A stretch of 63,306 nt of DNA, filler included. It is 5 parts of 5 records of this genome, joined end to end, with 100 filler letters (N's around TTAATTAATTAA, not from the genome) between each part and the next. Parts side by side here need not be neighbours in the genome. Positions count along the whole stretch, not along the records: positions 45,975 to 56,766 come from DRR723986_4724; positions 56,867 to 63,306 come from DRR723986_4733; 3 more parts are not named here. The stretch is one strand, 5' to 3'. This document shows positions 49,103 to 58,480 of the stretch, in pieces. Numbering within the stretch: position 1 is the stretch's first letter; each line of letters begins with the position of its first letter. Under the pieces are notes generated by a model. The model had not been told where the DNA came from, did not search any database, and saw only the letters and a program-made list of their open reading frames with translations. The translations under genes and the position numbers were made by a program.

Positions 49103-49669
49103 TTACAAAGCGATTAAGTAAATAAAAAACGTGATCACTCCTATCGCCAAACCAATGATAAAAACAGTGTAGGCATGCGCCAGAAGCTTATATTTTCTAT
49201 TTAAAACCTTTCCTTGATAGTATAAGGAAATAGCCATCTGCTCTTGAACTTGTTTTTTGGATGGTAAGATTTCGTCCAGTTCTGTGAGGTATTCCTGAAG
49301 GGTAAAGTTGGAACTAACTCCAAAAAACATCATGCTGGACTTCACTTCCTCTTCATTATTTTTTCTCTTACCCAGAAATTTGGGTCTAGCTGCCTGCACC
49401 GCCAAGATAGTAGACACCAAGCAAGTAGTAATCAAAACCATAATTGGTATCAAAGTAACTGTCCTTTCGTAATCAAATTGATGGGATAGCGTACCGTAGC
49501 CTATAATCGCAACTACTGAGGAAATCACCAGCGCATTGATGCTGATTACAATATTGGCTTTATTGTCTGCGATCTGAAGCAGGTTACAATTATTCATGAA
49601 AGTCACACGGAAAAAAGTCTGAGTTGCTCTTTCTGTTTTATCTTTTTTAGGCTCCAAAATTTCTTCCAT
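49103..49669 (-). CDS. Pycsar-effector-family (DUF5706/PycTM-like) membrane protein, stand-alone
   Basis: TFFRV...LQIADNKANIVISINALVIS, TM2 ending A.RP, MFFG, LNRKYKLL..AY + TM3; start MEEILE. Confidence 0.8.
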   Translation of the reverse strand: MEEILEPKKDKTERATQTFFRVTFMNNCNLLQIADNKANIVISINALVISSVVAIIGYGTLSHQFDYERTVTLIPIMVLITTCLVSTILAVQAARPKFLGKRKNNEEEVKSSMMFFGVSSNFTLQEYLTELDEILPSKKQVQEQMAISLYYQGKVLNRKYKLLAHAYTVFIIGLAIGVITFFIYLIAL

Positions 49670-49840
49670 TTCAATAAAATTGTTCGTCCTGAATTTACAA
49701 AATAATTTACCGATCCGAGGTAAGTCTTTGAAAGAGTTCAAATTAGCCATTTCCTCTCAAATTCATAACAAAAAGGAAATCATTGATTACTTATCGGAAA
49801 TGGAAAAAGTCCCTATACTTATCCTTCAAATCAATAAGTA

Positions 49841-52369
49841 ATGAACGATTCAAGAAGAGAATTTTTAAAGAAAGCTGCCTTGGTAACAGGCGGAGCAAGT
49901 ATATGGAGCTCGATGCCTATGGCTGTGCAACGCGCAATGGCTATTCAAGCAGCGCCGGGAACAACTTTTTACGATGCCGAACACGTGGTGATGCTGATGC
50001 AAGAAAACAGGTCTTTTGATCACTGCTTTGGCACCATGAAAGGTGTGCGCGGATTCAATGACCCCCGAGCTATTTCTCTTCCTGACCAAAACCCAGTCTG
50101 GCTTCAGCCTGATAAAGAAGGAAATCGCTTTGCGCCTTTTCGCTTTGACATCAAAGACACAAATGCAACCTGGATGGGCGGCACTCCTCACTCTTGGGAA
50201 AATCAAGTGGATGCCAGAAATGACGGGAAATACAACAATTGGATAGAGGCTAAAAGACCTGGTAAAAAACATTATAATATCCCACTGACAATGGGATTCT
50301 ATAGTCGTGAAGATTTGCCTTTCTATTATGCACTTGCAGATGCTTTCACAGTCTGTGATCAGCACTTTTGCGCAGCTCTAACTGGAACTACCACGAATAG
50401 GAGCTATTTCTGGACAGGAAAAACACACGGAGAAGATGGGGAAAAAGCAAAAGTGCGAAATGGGGAATTGACCTATGGGAAAGAAGGGAATTGGAAGACA
50501 TTCCCTGAGCGATTGGAGGAAAATGACATCTCTTGGAAGGTCTACCAAAATGAATTAAGTATCACCACAGAATTGGAAGGTGAAGACGAGTCACTTCTGG
50601 CGAATTTCACAGACAACAACTTAGAGTGGTTTTCACAGTTCAATACAGGTTTTCATCCCGCACATTACCTCTTTCTCCAGGCAAGAGAAAAGGCCCTTCC
50701 TGCCGAAATCGCAGCACTCAAGGTAAAACTGGCAAGTAACCCAACCAATCTCGAGGAGCTTCAAAAAGAATTGAAAGAAAAGGAAGATGGCTTGGCTTAC
50801 CTGAATATCTACTTGAAAAAGTGGAATGCTACTGAGTTTGAAAAACTCTCAGAGCGCTCTAAAAACCTGCATAAAAAGGCCTTTCAGACAAATACTGGCG
50901 ACCCTGATTATCATAAAACGGAAAAACTTTCTTACCAAGAAAATGGAGAAGATCGCGAGACGCTAATCCCAAAAGGAGATATTTTGCATCAATTCCGAAA
51001 AGACGTAAAAGAAGGAACACTTCCTACTGTCTCTTGGATGGTCGCTCCGCAAAAATTCTCTGATCACCCTAGCGCGCCATGGTATGGCGCTTGGTATGCT
51101 TCGGAAATCATGAACATACTCACCGAGGATCCTGAGGTATGGAAAAAGACGATCTTCATCATCAATTACGATGAGAATGACGGGTATTTCGATCACATCC
51201 CTCCTTTTGTCCCACCAAATCCACATTCTCCTAATGGGAAAATGTCCGAAGGACTTTCCAGCATTGGAGAATACGTGACAGCCGAGGAAGAAATCCGCGA
51301 CGGATTCAAACCTGAAAACGCGAGAACCAGCCCAGTTGGGCTTGGATATAGAGTACCGTTAATCATCGCATCCCCTTGGTCTCGCGGTGGCTGGGTCAAC
51401 TCAGAAGTTTGCGACATCACTTCAACCCTACAGTTTCTGGAAACTTTCCTCTCGAAAAAGACAGGAAAAAAGATAGAAGAGACGAATATCAGCTCTTGGA
51501 GAAGAACAGTAAGCGGAGATTTGACTTCGGCTTTCCGACCTTACAATGGGGAGAAGATAAAACATGCTGATCCTATAGACCAAGAAGAGTTCGTGAAGCA
51601 GATCTACAATGCGAAATTCAAGAACATTCCCACCAACTTTAAAAAGCTAACTCCAGAGGAGGCTAAGAAAGAAGCTCATAACCAAGCGAATTCTACTGTT
51701 TTCGCGGCACAGGAACCAGGCACCAAGCCTTCCAATGGCTTGAAGTACGATTTACATGCGGATGGAAAAGTTAGCAAAGACGGCAAGAAATTCATCATCA
51801 CATTTACTGCATCCCAAGAGGTGTTTGGTGATAAGGCATTAGGTTCGGCTTTCAACGTCTATGCACCTGGCAACTATTGGAATCAGGAGACGAAAGCGTT
51901 TGAGCCGGTGAAAACTTGGGCATTTGCCGTGAAGTCTGGGGATAGCATTAGCTACGAGTGGCCAGTTTCCGAATTCGAAAATGGCCTATATCACCTTCGT
52001 GTCTATGGGCCAAATGGTTTCTACAGGGAATTCAAAGGCTCAAATCCTTCGCAGAAAGTAGAATTGAGCGCTAAACCAGTTTTCAAAAACAATAAAGCTA
52101 CCGAAGAGCTAGAACTGACAATTAAAAACACTTCGGCTTCCAGTCTAACACTATTTGTAAAGGACGAGATTTACCTAAAGCTCACGAAGGAAATTAAGCT
52201 GCCTGCTGGTGAGAAAACTAGTCTCAAAGTCGATACAAAAAAGCACAAAGGATGGTATCAGATCACCCTTGCGGATAAAGAAAATAAGGATCTGAAATTT
52301 ACCTACGCCGGAAGGTTGGAAACCGGAAAAGACAGCATTTCAGATCCTCAAATGGGAAAAGTGGTTTAA
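49841..52369 (+). CDS. Phosphocholine-specific phospholipase C (PlcN/PlcH family), Tat-exported
   Basis: Twin-Arg SRREFLK; HVVMLMQENRSFDH, NYDENDGYFDH and GLGYRVP; C-terminal DUF756-like YHLRVYGPNGFYREF. Confidence 0.93.
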   Translation: MNDSRREFLKKAALVTGGASIWSSMPMAVQRAMAIQAAPGTTFYDAEHVVMLMQENRSFDHCFGTMKGVRGFNDPRAISLPDQNPVWLQPDKEGNRFAPFRFDIKDTNATWMGGTPHSWENQVDARNDGKYNNWIEAKRPGKKHYNIPLTMGFYSREDLPFYYALADAFTVCDQHFCAALTGTTTNRSYFWTGKTHGEDGEKAKVRNGELTYGKEGNWKTFPERLEENDISWKVYQNELSITTELEGEDESLLANFTDNNLEWFSQFNTGFHPAHYLFLQAREKALPAEIAALKVKLASNPTNLEELQKELKEKEDGLAYLNIYLKKWNATEFEKLSERSKNLHKKAFQTNTGDPDYHKTEKLSYQENGEDRETLIPKGDILHQFRKDVKEGTLPTVSWMVAPQKFSDHPSAPWYGAWYASEIMNILTEDPEVWKKTIFIINYDENDGYFDHIPPFVPPNPHSPNGKMSEGLSSIGEYVTAEEEIRDGFKPENARTSPVGLGYRVPLIIASPWSRGGWVNSEVCDITSTLQFLETFLSKKTGKKIEETNISSWRRTVSGDLTSAFRPYNGEKIKHADPIDQEEFVKQIYNAKFKNIPTNFKKLTPEEAKKEAHNQANSTVFAAQEPGTKPSNGLKYDLHADGKVSKDGKKFIITFTASQEVFGDKALGSAFNVYAPGNYWNQETKAFEPVKTWAFAVKSGDSISYEWPVSEFENGLYHLRVYGPNGFYREFKGSNPSQKVELSAKPVFKNNKATEELELTIKNTSASSLTLFVKDEIYLKLTKEIKLPAGEKTSLKVDTKKHKGWYQITLADKENKDLKFTYAGRLETGKDSISDPQMGKVV

Positions 52370-52537
52370 AGTTGGTGGTGGAGTATACTCTTAGCTACAC
52401 TGCCCTAGTAGCATAAAGATGATCACAAATACCAAGATGGTTCCTAGGCAACCTCCGCCTAGTTTGTAAGCTCCGTAGCCTGCGATTAGTCCTTTGAAAA
52501 GATTGTTCATGAAGGGGAAAGTTTAGTAGTTAAAATG

Positions 52538-52581
52538 ATTGCTATGGCAACAATTCACAAGTTGTGCCATAGCAATTTTTT
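52538..52581. terminator. Hairpin terminator
   Basis: ATTGCTATGGCA...TGCCATAGCAAT followed by a T run. Confidence 0.75.
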
Positions 52582-52738
52582 GTTTCAAAACATCTATACA
52601 ACCTTCCCTACTATGCCAATCATGCACTTCCTGATAGCTTTCCGTTTTTTCTTTGGGTAAGATATTCCCGTTTTGAGACAAGAGCCATTTCCCGAATTGG
52701 GAAAATGAAAAATTTCTTGAATGGACTCTGTTAATACA

Positions 52739-52950
52739 GATCGTGCCGTTGGCAATCTTGGGTGACTTTCACTTATTCTTTCCCCAAAATTCGCTTCGCT
52801 GTATTCGGGGCTACTACAGATTGTACCGTTAGCACAAAAAAATACGTTGATAATGCCGCTTGTCAAAGGCAAGGCCGTAAAAGCCCAGAATACAATTCTG
52901 GGTTAAAGAAATGAAACCAATGATACTGCTAGAGTGCCAACGGCACGATC
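52739..52950. repeat. Inverted REP pair (REPIN-like)
   Basis: GATCGTGCCGTTGGCA (52739-52754) / TGCCAACGGCACGATC (52935-52950); each unit is a GTGCC-N3-GGCA hairpin; internal CCCAGAAT-ACA-ATTCTGGG. Confidence 0.65.
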
Positions 52951-52964
52951 AGTAATCAAAGCTA

Positions 52965-55151
52965 TTAAAACACTAACAATCCTTGCTCTCTCAGGATTTC
53001 CCAGACTTCGGATTCCAGCATTTCTTCAAAGTCTCCAAATTGAGATTCATAGCTATCCCGGATTGGCTTTAGAGTATTTAGCTTTTGGTTATAACCCACT
53101 GTATTTAGAAGTTCAGTAACCCAGATCCCCAAATCCAGCGGAAGCTCCATGGCGAAGTCTTCTTTTTTCCCTGAAAAAATCAACTCCGACAACTCATCCT
53201 CTTCGAAAACCTGCAGCTCAGGCTGTGCTCCTATCCAAAGAATTCGGTTTCGATCCTTATATTCTGGAGCTGGCTCGTTATTGATCTCTTGAGCTATGTA
53301 GTTTTTTGGAATCGTAGTTTTTGGCACCTTGGCATCAAACCAATCTTGAAGCGGCACATCGAAGCAGACTCCATGCATGTAATTGAAAAGTGATTTGCGT
53401 AACCCCTCGCTGAAAATCTCATGATCAGCTCCCGTAGGATCATCATGAGGCAAATCATTATTTGCAAAAGTACCTTCCACAGGCATGAGATTAACTGCTC
53501 CAAAAGACTTCGGATCCAGCCCAACCGGGCTATGTGCAGTCATTGCAAATCGATGCCAGAAACCGGATTGGATCACTCCAGCCTGAATCAACTGCCTCAC
53601 CATTTCTAGGGAATCAATTGTTTCCTGTGCCGTCTGGGTAGGAAAACCATACATCAAATACGCATGAACCATGATTCCTGCTTGCGTAAAATGGCTGGTC
53701 ACCTGGGCGACTTGAGATACTGTCACCCCCTTTTTGATCATCTCCAGCAAGCGATCAGAGGCAACTTCCAAACCGCCCGAAACCGCAATACAACCAGAAG
53801 CTCTCAGAAGTCGGCAGAGGTCAGCGGTAAAACTACTTTCGAAACGGATATTCGTCCACCAAACCACAGAGAGTTCTCTGCGAAGAATCTCAATTGCCAG
53901 ATCCCGCATCAACGCAGGTGGTGCTGCCTCATCCACAAAATGAAACCCATTTTCGCCAGTTTGTGCGATAATCTCCTCGATGCGATCGCATAAAATCGAT
54001 GCAGTGATCGGTTCATACCTCCCGATGTAATCCAGCGACACGTCGCAAAAGGTGCATTTTCCCCAGTAGCAGCCATGCGCCAGTGTCATCTTATTCCAAC
54101 GACCATCCGACCATAGTCTATGCATTGGGTTTGCCACTTCAATCACAGAGAGGTAATCCCGAATCAGTAAATCGCTGTAATCAGGCGTGCCCACTTCTCG
54201 CTGGGCCACATCTTTTACTGCGTGATTATTACAAAAAGTCACTTGACCGTCAACTCGGGTAAAGGTTCGCTTCAGCTCAGAAACCGATATCTTCCCATCC
54301 AAATGATCGAGTAACAGCTGAATTGGAGCTTCTCCATCATCAAGTACAATAAAGTCTATGTAGTCAAAAACCCGAGGTTCTTTGAGTGAACGCAATTCTG
54401 TATTTGGGTATCCTCCTCCCATCCAAAGTACCAAGTTTGGATGATGCTTTTTCAGGTACTGCCCGCATTTGAAAGCCCCGTAAAGATTTCCTGGGAAAGG
54501 CACTGAAAAGGCAACAGAAGTAGGTTGGAACTGCTGAATCTTTTGCTCCAGTAAATCACAAAGCAACTTATCGATCAAACCGGAAGACTGATTCAGTGCT
54601 TCCTGCATCTCATCAAAAGAATTGGCTGACATGCCCAATCGCTCAGCATATCGGCTAAAGCCGAAATGAGGGTCTATCTGCTCAGAGATCAAATCACCGA
54701 TATCTTCCAGATAAAGTGTCGCGAAATACCGGGCTTTATCCCGAATCCCAAGTGTACCAAAAGCCCATTCCAGATCATCCAACTGTTCAAATCGACTTGC
54801 TTCAGGTAAGTAATCTCCTTCAGCTATTCTATAAGCCAGCGTAGGATTTCTATCCTGTAGAAAAGCAATTACAGGATCTATCGCTTGCAGGTAATTTGCT
54901 TTCAATCGCACAATACGTGCAGCATTGTCCGACAAATCTGCCTGATTAGCTTCAATCTCTGCAAAAATCTTGGTTAACCCTGCCTTGGAAAATAGCTGCA
55001 AAATCACCTCTATTCCTAAATCCACCTGATTGGATGCCACTCCGATTTGATTCATATAGCCTTTCAGATAAGCCGTAGCCGGATAAGGTGTATTTAGCTG
55101 GGTAAAAGGCGGGGTGATGAATAGAACTTTTGAAGCCAAGGGAATAGTCAA
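52965..55151 (-). CDS. B12-binding domain radical SAM protein
   Basis: PPFTQLNTPYPATAYL, GGGYPNT, CxxxCxxC (CYWGKCTFC), FVDEA and GLEVAS motifs. Confidence 0.92.
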   Translation of the reverse strand: MTIPLASKVLFITPPFTQLNTPYPATAYLKGYMNQIGVASNQVDLGIEVILQLFSKAGLTKIFAEIEANQADLSDNAARIVRLKANYLQAIDPVIAFLQDRNPTLAYRIAEGDYLPEASRFEQLDDLEWAFGTLGIRDKARYFATLYLEDIGDLISEQIDPHFGFSRYAERLGMSANSFDEMQEALNQSSGLIDKLLCDLLEQKIQQFQPTSVAFSVPFPGNLYGAFKCGQYLKKHHPNLVLWMGGGYPNTELRSLKEPRVFDYIDFIVLDDGEAPIQLLLDHLDGKISVSELKRTFTRVDGQVTFCNNHAVKDVAQREVGTPDYSDLLIRDYLSVIEVANPMHRLWSDGRWNKMTLAHGCYWGKCTFCDVSLDYIGRYEPITASILCDRIEEIIAQTGENGFHFVDEAAPPALMRDLAIEILRRELSVVWWTNIRFESSFTADLCRLLRASGCIAVSGGLEVASDRLLEMIKKGVTVSQVAQVTSHFTQAGIMVHAYLMYGFPTQTAQETIDSLEMVRQLIQAGVIQSGFWHRFAMTAHSPVGLDPKSFGAVNLMPVEGTFANNDLPHDDPTGADHEIFSEGLRKSLFNYMHGVCFDVPLQDWFDAKVPKTTIPKNYIAQEINNEPAPEYKDRNRILWIGAQPELQVFEEDELSELIFSGKKEDFAMELPLDLGIWVTELLNTVGYNQKLNTLKPIRDSYESQFGDFEEMLESEVWEILREQGLLVF

Positions 55152-55205
55152 TGATTTGTGCGTGCAAGTTCGGAAGAATAGTATGAAATCTAAAGTATGA
55201 AGTTT

Positions 55206-55378
55206 GAAGGCTGAAAGGTGGGAAAGTGGAAAGGTTGAAAGGTTGAAAGGTGGGTGGTCGAAGGGTTAAAGGGTTTTCTATATCTAATTTCTAATGTCTT
55301 GTGTCTATCGTCTTGATTCTCGATTCTTGGCTCTTGGCTCTTGATACTTGATACTTGGTACTTTGTACTTTGTACTTG
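55206..55378. repeat. Degenerate 8-mer (GAAAGGTT) and 7-mer (TCTTGAT/TACTTGA) tandem arrays
   Basis: gaaaggttgaaaggttgaaagg...; tcttggctcttggctcttgatacttgatacttggtactttgtactttgtacttg. Confidence 0.85.
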
Positions 55379-55462
55379 AAAGCGTCTAAAGAATTACACG
55401 AGTGAATTTATTTACTTCATGCAAATCAGTAAATTACACTACAACCCATAACACCAATAACA

Positions 55463-56350
55463 ATGAAGGAATTAAAAAAAGAAGACATAGACCAAGGAGT
55501 ATTTGATCTATACGATGCATACGCACACAACAAACTTGAGCGAAGACAATTCATAGAAAAACTATCCGCTTATGCCGTCGGTGGTGTAACAGTCGCCGCG
55601 CTTATGAGTGCGATGATGCCAAACTATGAAGACACCCATACCATCAAATCAGATGATCCTCGCTTGGAATCAAACTACATCACTTACGATTCTCCAAAAG
55701 GAGGAGGCAAGATCAAAGGATTGCTTTCGACTCCTGCCGGAATGAAAGGTAAAGCACCTGGAGTGGTAGTGGTCCATGAGAACCGAGGTCTGAATCCGTA
55801 CATAGAAGACGTGGGAAGAAGAACTGCTGTAGCGGGTTTTATCTCTTTGGCTCCTGATGCGCTCACCCCACTGGGAGGATATCCGGGCAATGACGATGAA
55901 GGACGTGCGATGCAAAGCAAAAGAAATCGGGATGAAATGCTGGAGGACTTTATCGCTGCTTATGAGTATTTGAAAGCGCACCCTGACTGCAATGGCAAGA
56001 TCGGCGTGGTAGGATTTTGCTTCGGAGGCTGGATCTCCAATATGATGGCCGTTCGCATCCCAACTCTGGATGCCTCTGTTCCTTTTTATGGAGGTCAACC
56101 ATCTGCAGAAGAAGCCGCAAAAATCAAAGCTCCTCTAATGCTACAATTTGCAGGACTGGACGAGCGGGTAAATGCCGGCTGGCCAGCGTATGAAAAAGCA
56201 CTGAATGAAAATAATGTGGAAAATCAAGCTTTCATCTATCCAGATGTAAACCACGGATTCCACAATAACACCACGCCTCGCTACGATGAAGCGGCTGCGA
56301 CATTGGCTTGGGAAAGGACGATTGGTTTTTTTAAGGAGAAACTTGGGTAA
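55463..56350 (+). CDS. Dienelactone hydrolase family protein (YghX-like)
   Basis: [10 protein letters not shown], nucleophile GFCFGG, DER and HGFHN motifs. Confidence 0.92.
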   Translation: MKELKKEDIDQGVFDLYDAYAHNKLERRQFIEKLSAYAVGGVTVAALMSAMMPNYEDTHTIKSDDPRLESNYITYDSPKGGGKIKGLLSTPAGMKGKAPGVVVVHENRGLNPYIEDVGRRTAVAGFISLAPDALTPLGGYPGNDDEGRAMQSKRNRDEMLEDFIAAYEYLKAHPDCNGKIGVVGFCFGGWISNMMAVRIPTLDASVPFYGGQPSAEEAAKIKAPLMLQFAGLDERVNAGWPAYEKALNENNVENQAFIYPDVNHGFHNNTTPRYDEAAATLAWERTIGFFKEKLG

Positions 56351-56372
56351 GGAAATCTAATAGATATTAAAT

Positions 56373-56400
56373 AAGAGTGCTGAAAGGCGCTCTTTTTTTT
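56373..56400 (+). terminator. Intrinsic terminator
   Basis: AAGAGTGCT-GAAA-GGCGCTCTT followed by a T run. Confidence 0.85.
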
Positions 56401-56423
56401 GTTTAATCAAGAACAAAATTGTT

Positions 56424-56766
56424 CAATCCTTCAGGATTGCCGGAATATGGTAATAGGCGAGTATCCACGGGTTGCACCCGCGGTTATTGAAAAGTTGGAC
56501 CACTCCGTGGTCATGCTTGTGATATTAGAACTAAAAGCATGACCCCGAAGGAGGTCAAACCATTAATAACCATGGGTGCAACCCATGGTAAAAGAGTAAC
56601 CGCTCTTTGCGTGGACCGCGCCTTCCATTAGATGAGTTAGTAACTACACTTTAAATTTTTCTAGAATCTGTTTTTCAACTCCATTGCAAAGTGGTCTGTG
56701 GGGACCCAGACCACGGCGGGAGAGGTTCAACAAACAGCCCAATCGCTCCGCCGTTGTTCGTGTCAT
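56424..56766. repeat. REP/REPIN-like palindrome cluster
   Basis: CCACGGGTTGCACCCGCGG (56465-56483) ... CCATGGGTGCAACCCATGG (56570-56588) in inverted arrangement with inner GACC..GGTC hairpins; also CAATCC-TTCA-GGATTG and GTGGTCTG..CAGACCAC. Confidence 0.7.
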
Positions 56767-56866
56767 NNNNNNNNNNNNNNNNNNNNNNNNNNNNNNNNNN
56801 NNNNNNNNNNTTAATTAATTAANNNNNNNNNNNNNNNNNNNNNNNNNNNNNNNNNNNNNNNNNNNN
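56767..56866. other. Artificial contig spacer
   Basis: 44 N + TTAATTAATTAA + 44 N. Confidence 0.99.
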
Positions 56867-56867
56867 T

Positions 56868-57464
56868 ACGGCGCTCGACGCGCTGGCCGGCGGCGGTGGT
56901 TCGGGTGATCCGGTGGACGCAGAGCCCGGGCTTCTCGATGGCGTCACCGATATCGTAGCCGGTGGTGGCGATCTGCTCCACTCCGCTTTGGACGAGGACG
57001 CGGAGGCTGGCGATTTCGTCGATACGCTGATCGGCTCTGGCGGGGGAGAGGATATCCTCGCCGGTCTCGTCGGGGAGGAGGATGTCTTCGGCATCGATGT
57101 GCCTTCGGATCCGGTGGGGTATGTGGACGATCTGGCCGCCGGTCTTGGCGGGCTTGCGGACATGGGTGGCTCTCTGATCGAGCAGGGATTGCTGGGCGAC
57201 GGCGCCGTGCCGGACGATGAGATCGACAGCCTGCTCAACCAGATCCTCGGCAGTTCTGTCGACGGGGACGTTCCCAACACCGGGCCGGGTATTTTCGACC
57301 TGCTGATCTCCGAAGACGCCGAGCCCGCCGGGGATGCGCTGGCAGAACCGTCCGATGCCGGTCTGCTTGGTGGCTCCGCGATCGACGATGCCCTGTCCTC
57401 GCTGTTCCAGAGCTCCGGCGGTTTGCTGGGTGGCTTCGGCGCACCGGACGACGAAAACGCTTAA
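56868..57464 (+). CDS. C-terminal fragment of a very acidic Gly/Asp/Leu-rich protein (probable T1SS substrate)
   Basis: Frame open from the contig start (TALDALAGGGGSGDPVDAEPGLLDG...); no Lys or Arg in the visible part; upstream of the T1SS operon. Confidence 0.7.
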   Translation, partial: TALDALAGGGGSGDPVDAEPGLLDGVTDIVAGGGDLLHSALDEDAEAGDFVDTLIGSGGGEDILAGLVGEEDVFGIDVPSDPVGYVDDLAAGLGGLADMGGSLIEQGLLGDGAVPDDEIDSLLNQILGSSVDGDVPNTGPGIFDLLISEDAEPAGDALAEPSDAGLLGGSAIDDALSSLFQSSGGLLGGFGAPDDENA

Positions 57465-57682
57465 AGTTTTCCGGCTCTTCGGTTGACGCAGCGCCATGCA
57501 AGCAATATGCAACTTCTTGATGTATGTTTTAACTCGAACGTGCATCATGTCCAAAGGTTGGGATGTGTCGCGGTGGGGTGCGTGCCGCGTCCTGATTGGT
57601 TGTCTTCTGGTACTGGTGGCTTGTTTTTAGCAAGTTTTGGGCCTCGCTGACGTGAAGGTCCCGATTTTCAGGGAGTGGCCAA

Positions 57683-58480
57683 ATGCCGATAGAGCTGTCC
57701 GTGCGGGGTGCCGGGCTAGATCAATCGCAATCTATGGTTGTCCAGTCCGGGATTGCATTGACGCGCGCGGCAGATGTGGCCGTTGCTGGCTCCGACGTGG
57801 TCGGGCACGAAAAGCTTGGTCGCGATCTGTCGGTCCGATTGGCGGACGGCCGTAGCCTGACTATCGGCGATTTCTTCGTGATCGACCCTGACGGCGACTT
57901 CAGCCGGCTTCTGGACCACCGGGGTGAGCCGGTGGTGACGGGGCTGGCGGCCCCGGAACCCTCACTTGCAGACATGGGACCGGATCTGGCGGCGCAATCC
58001 GCCATGGATGGCGGGGTCGACGCGATCCGCGATCCCGCGGGCGAGGGCGCCAACAGCGAAGAAGAAACGCTCTTCGGTGGCGGCTCTACCATGCTCAGCG
58101 CGGGGGCGGGGCTTGCTGCGGGCTATGGCTCCATGAGCCTGATCTCGGGCGAAGAGGACGGCGATGGCGGCGATGAGCCCGCTACGCCCCTGCCAAGCGC
58201 CGTTCAGGCCGACACCGACGCGCAGGCGCTCCAACAGGAGATCGACGACCTGCTGGGCGTGCCCGATGACGCCCTTTCCATCGCCCTCGCGGAAGAGCTT
58301 GCCCATGCCGTTCAGGGTGAGGGCGACCCCGGCGCCGCCGATCATCCCGACGCGCCCCCGGCCCACCCCGAGACGGCCGCCGAAGACACACCCCTTCTGC
58401 TCGATGCCACCCAAATCTCCGATGCGGTGCCGCCGGCACCGGATCTGCTAATGCCCCTGACTGTCGAAGGTGAACCATGA
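57683..58480 (+). CDS. Stand-alone BapA/Bap prefix-like (retention-domain-like) protein with acidic tail
   Basis: VVGHEKLGRDLSVRLADGRSLTIGDFF matches the BapA_N pattern (G.DL.i.l.dG..i.i..FF); hydrophobic GAGLAAG segment; ATGA overlap with tolC. Confidence 0.65.
   Translation: MPIELSVRGAGLDQSQSMVVQSGIALTRAADVAVAGSDVVGHEKLGRDLSVRLADGRSLTIGDFFVIDPDGDFSRLLDHRGEPVVTGLAAPEPSLADMGPDLAAQSAMDGGVDAIRDPAGEGANSEEETLFGGGSTMLSAGAGLAAGYGSMSLISGEEDGDGGDEPATPLPSAVQADTDAQALQQEIDDLLGVPDDALSIALAEELAHAVQGEGDPGAADHPDAPPAHPETAAEDTPLLLDATQISDAVPPAPDLLMPLTVEGEP

Noticed and set aside
49103-52369. Pycsar effector + phospholipase C as a two-gene defence system
   Set aside because: Divergent orientation; the PLC is a Tat-exported PlcN-type enzyme, not a patatin-like CBASS effector, and no cyclase is present
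52594-52872. 92-aa ORF as a real gene
   Set aside because: TTG start, runs through REP-like palindromes and has no recognisable motif
55206-56766. CRISPR array
   Set aside because: No constant 23-47-nt repeats with unique spacers and no cas genes
18808-56866. Four identical TTAATTAATTAA motifs within N runs as a biological repeat
   Set aside because: Fixed 44+12+44 design with all-frame stops is a concatenation spacer. Genes on either side are not neighbours, so no cross-spacer systems were inferred.
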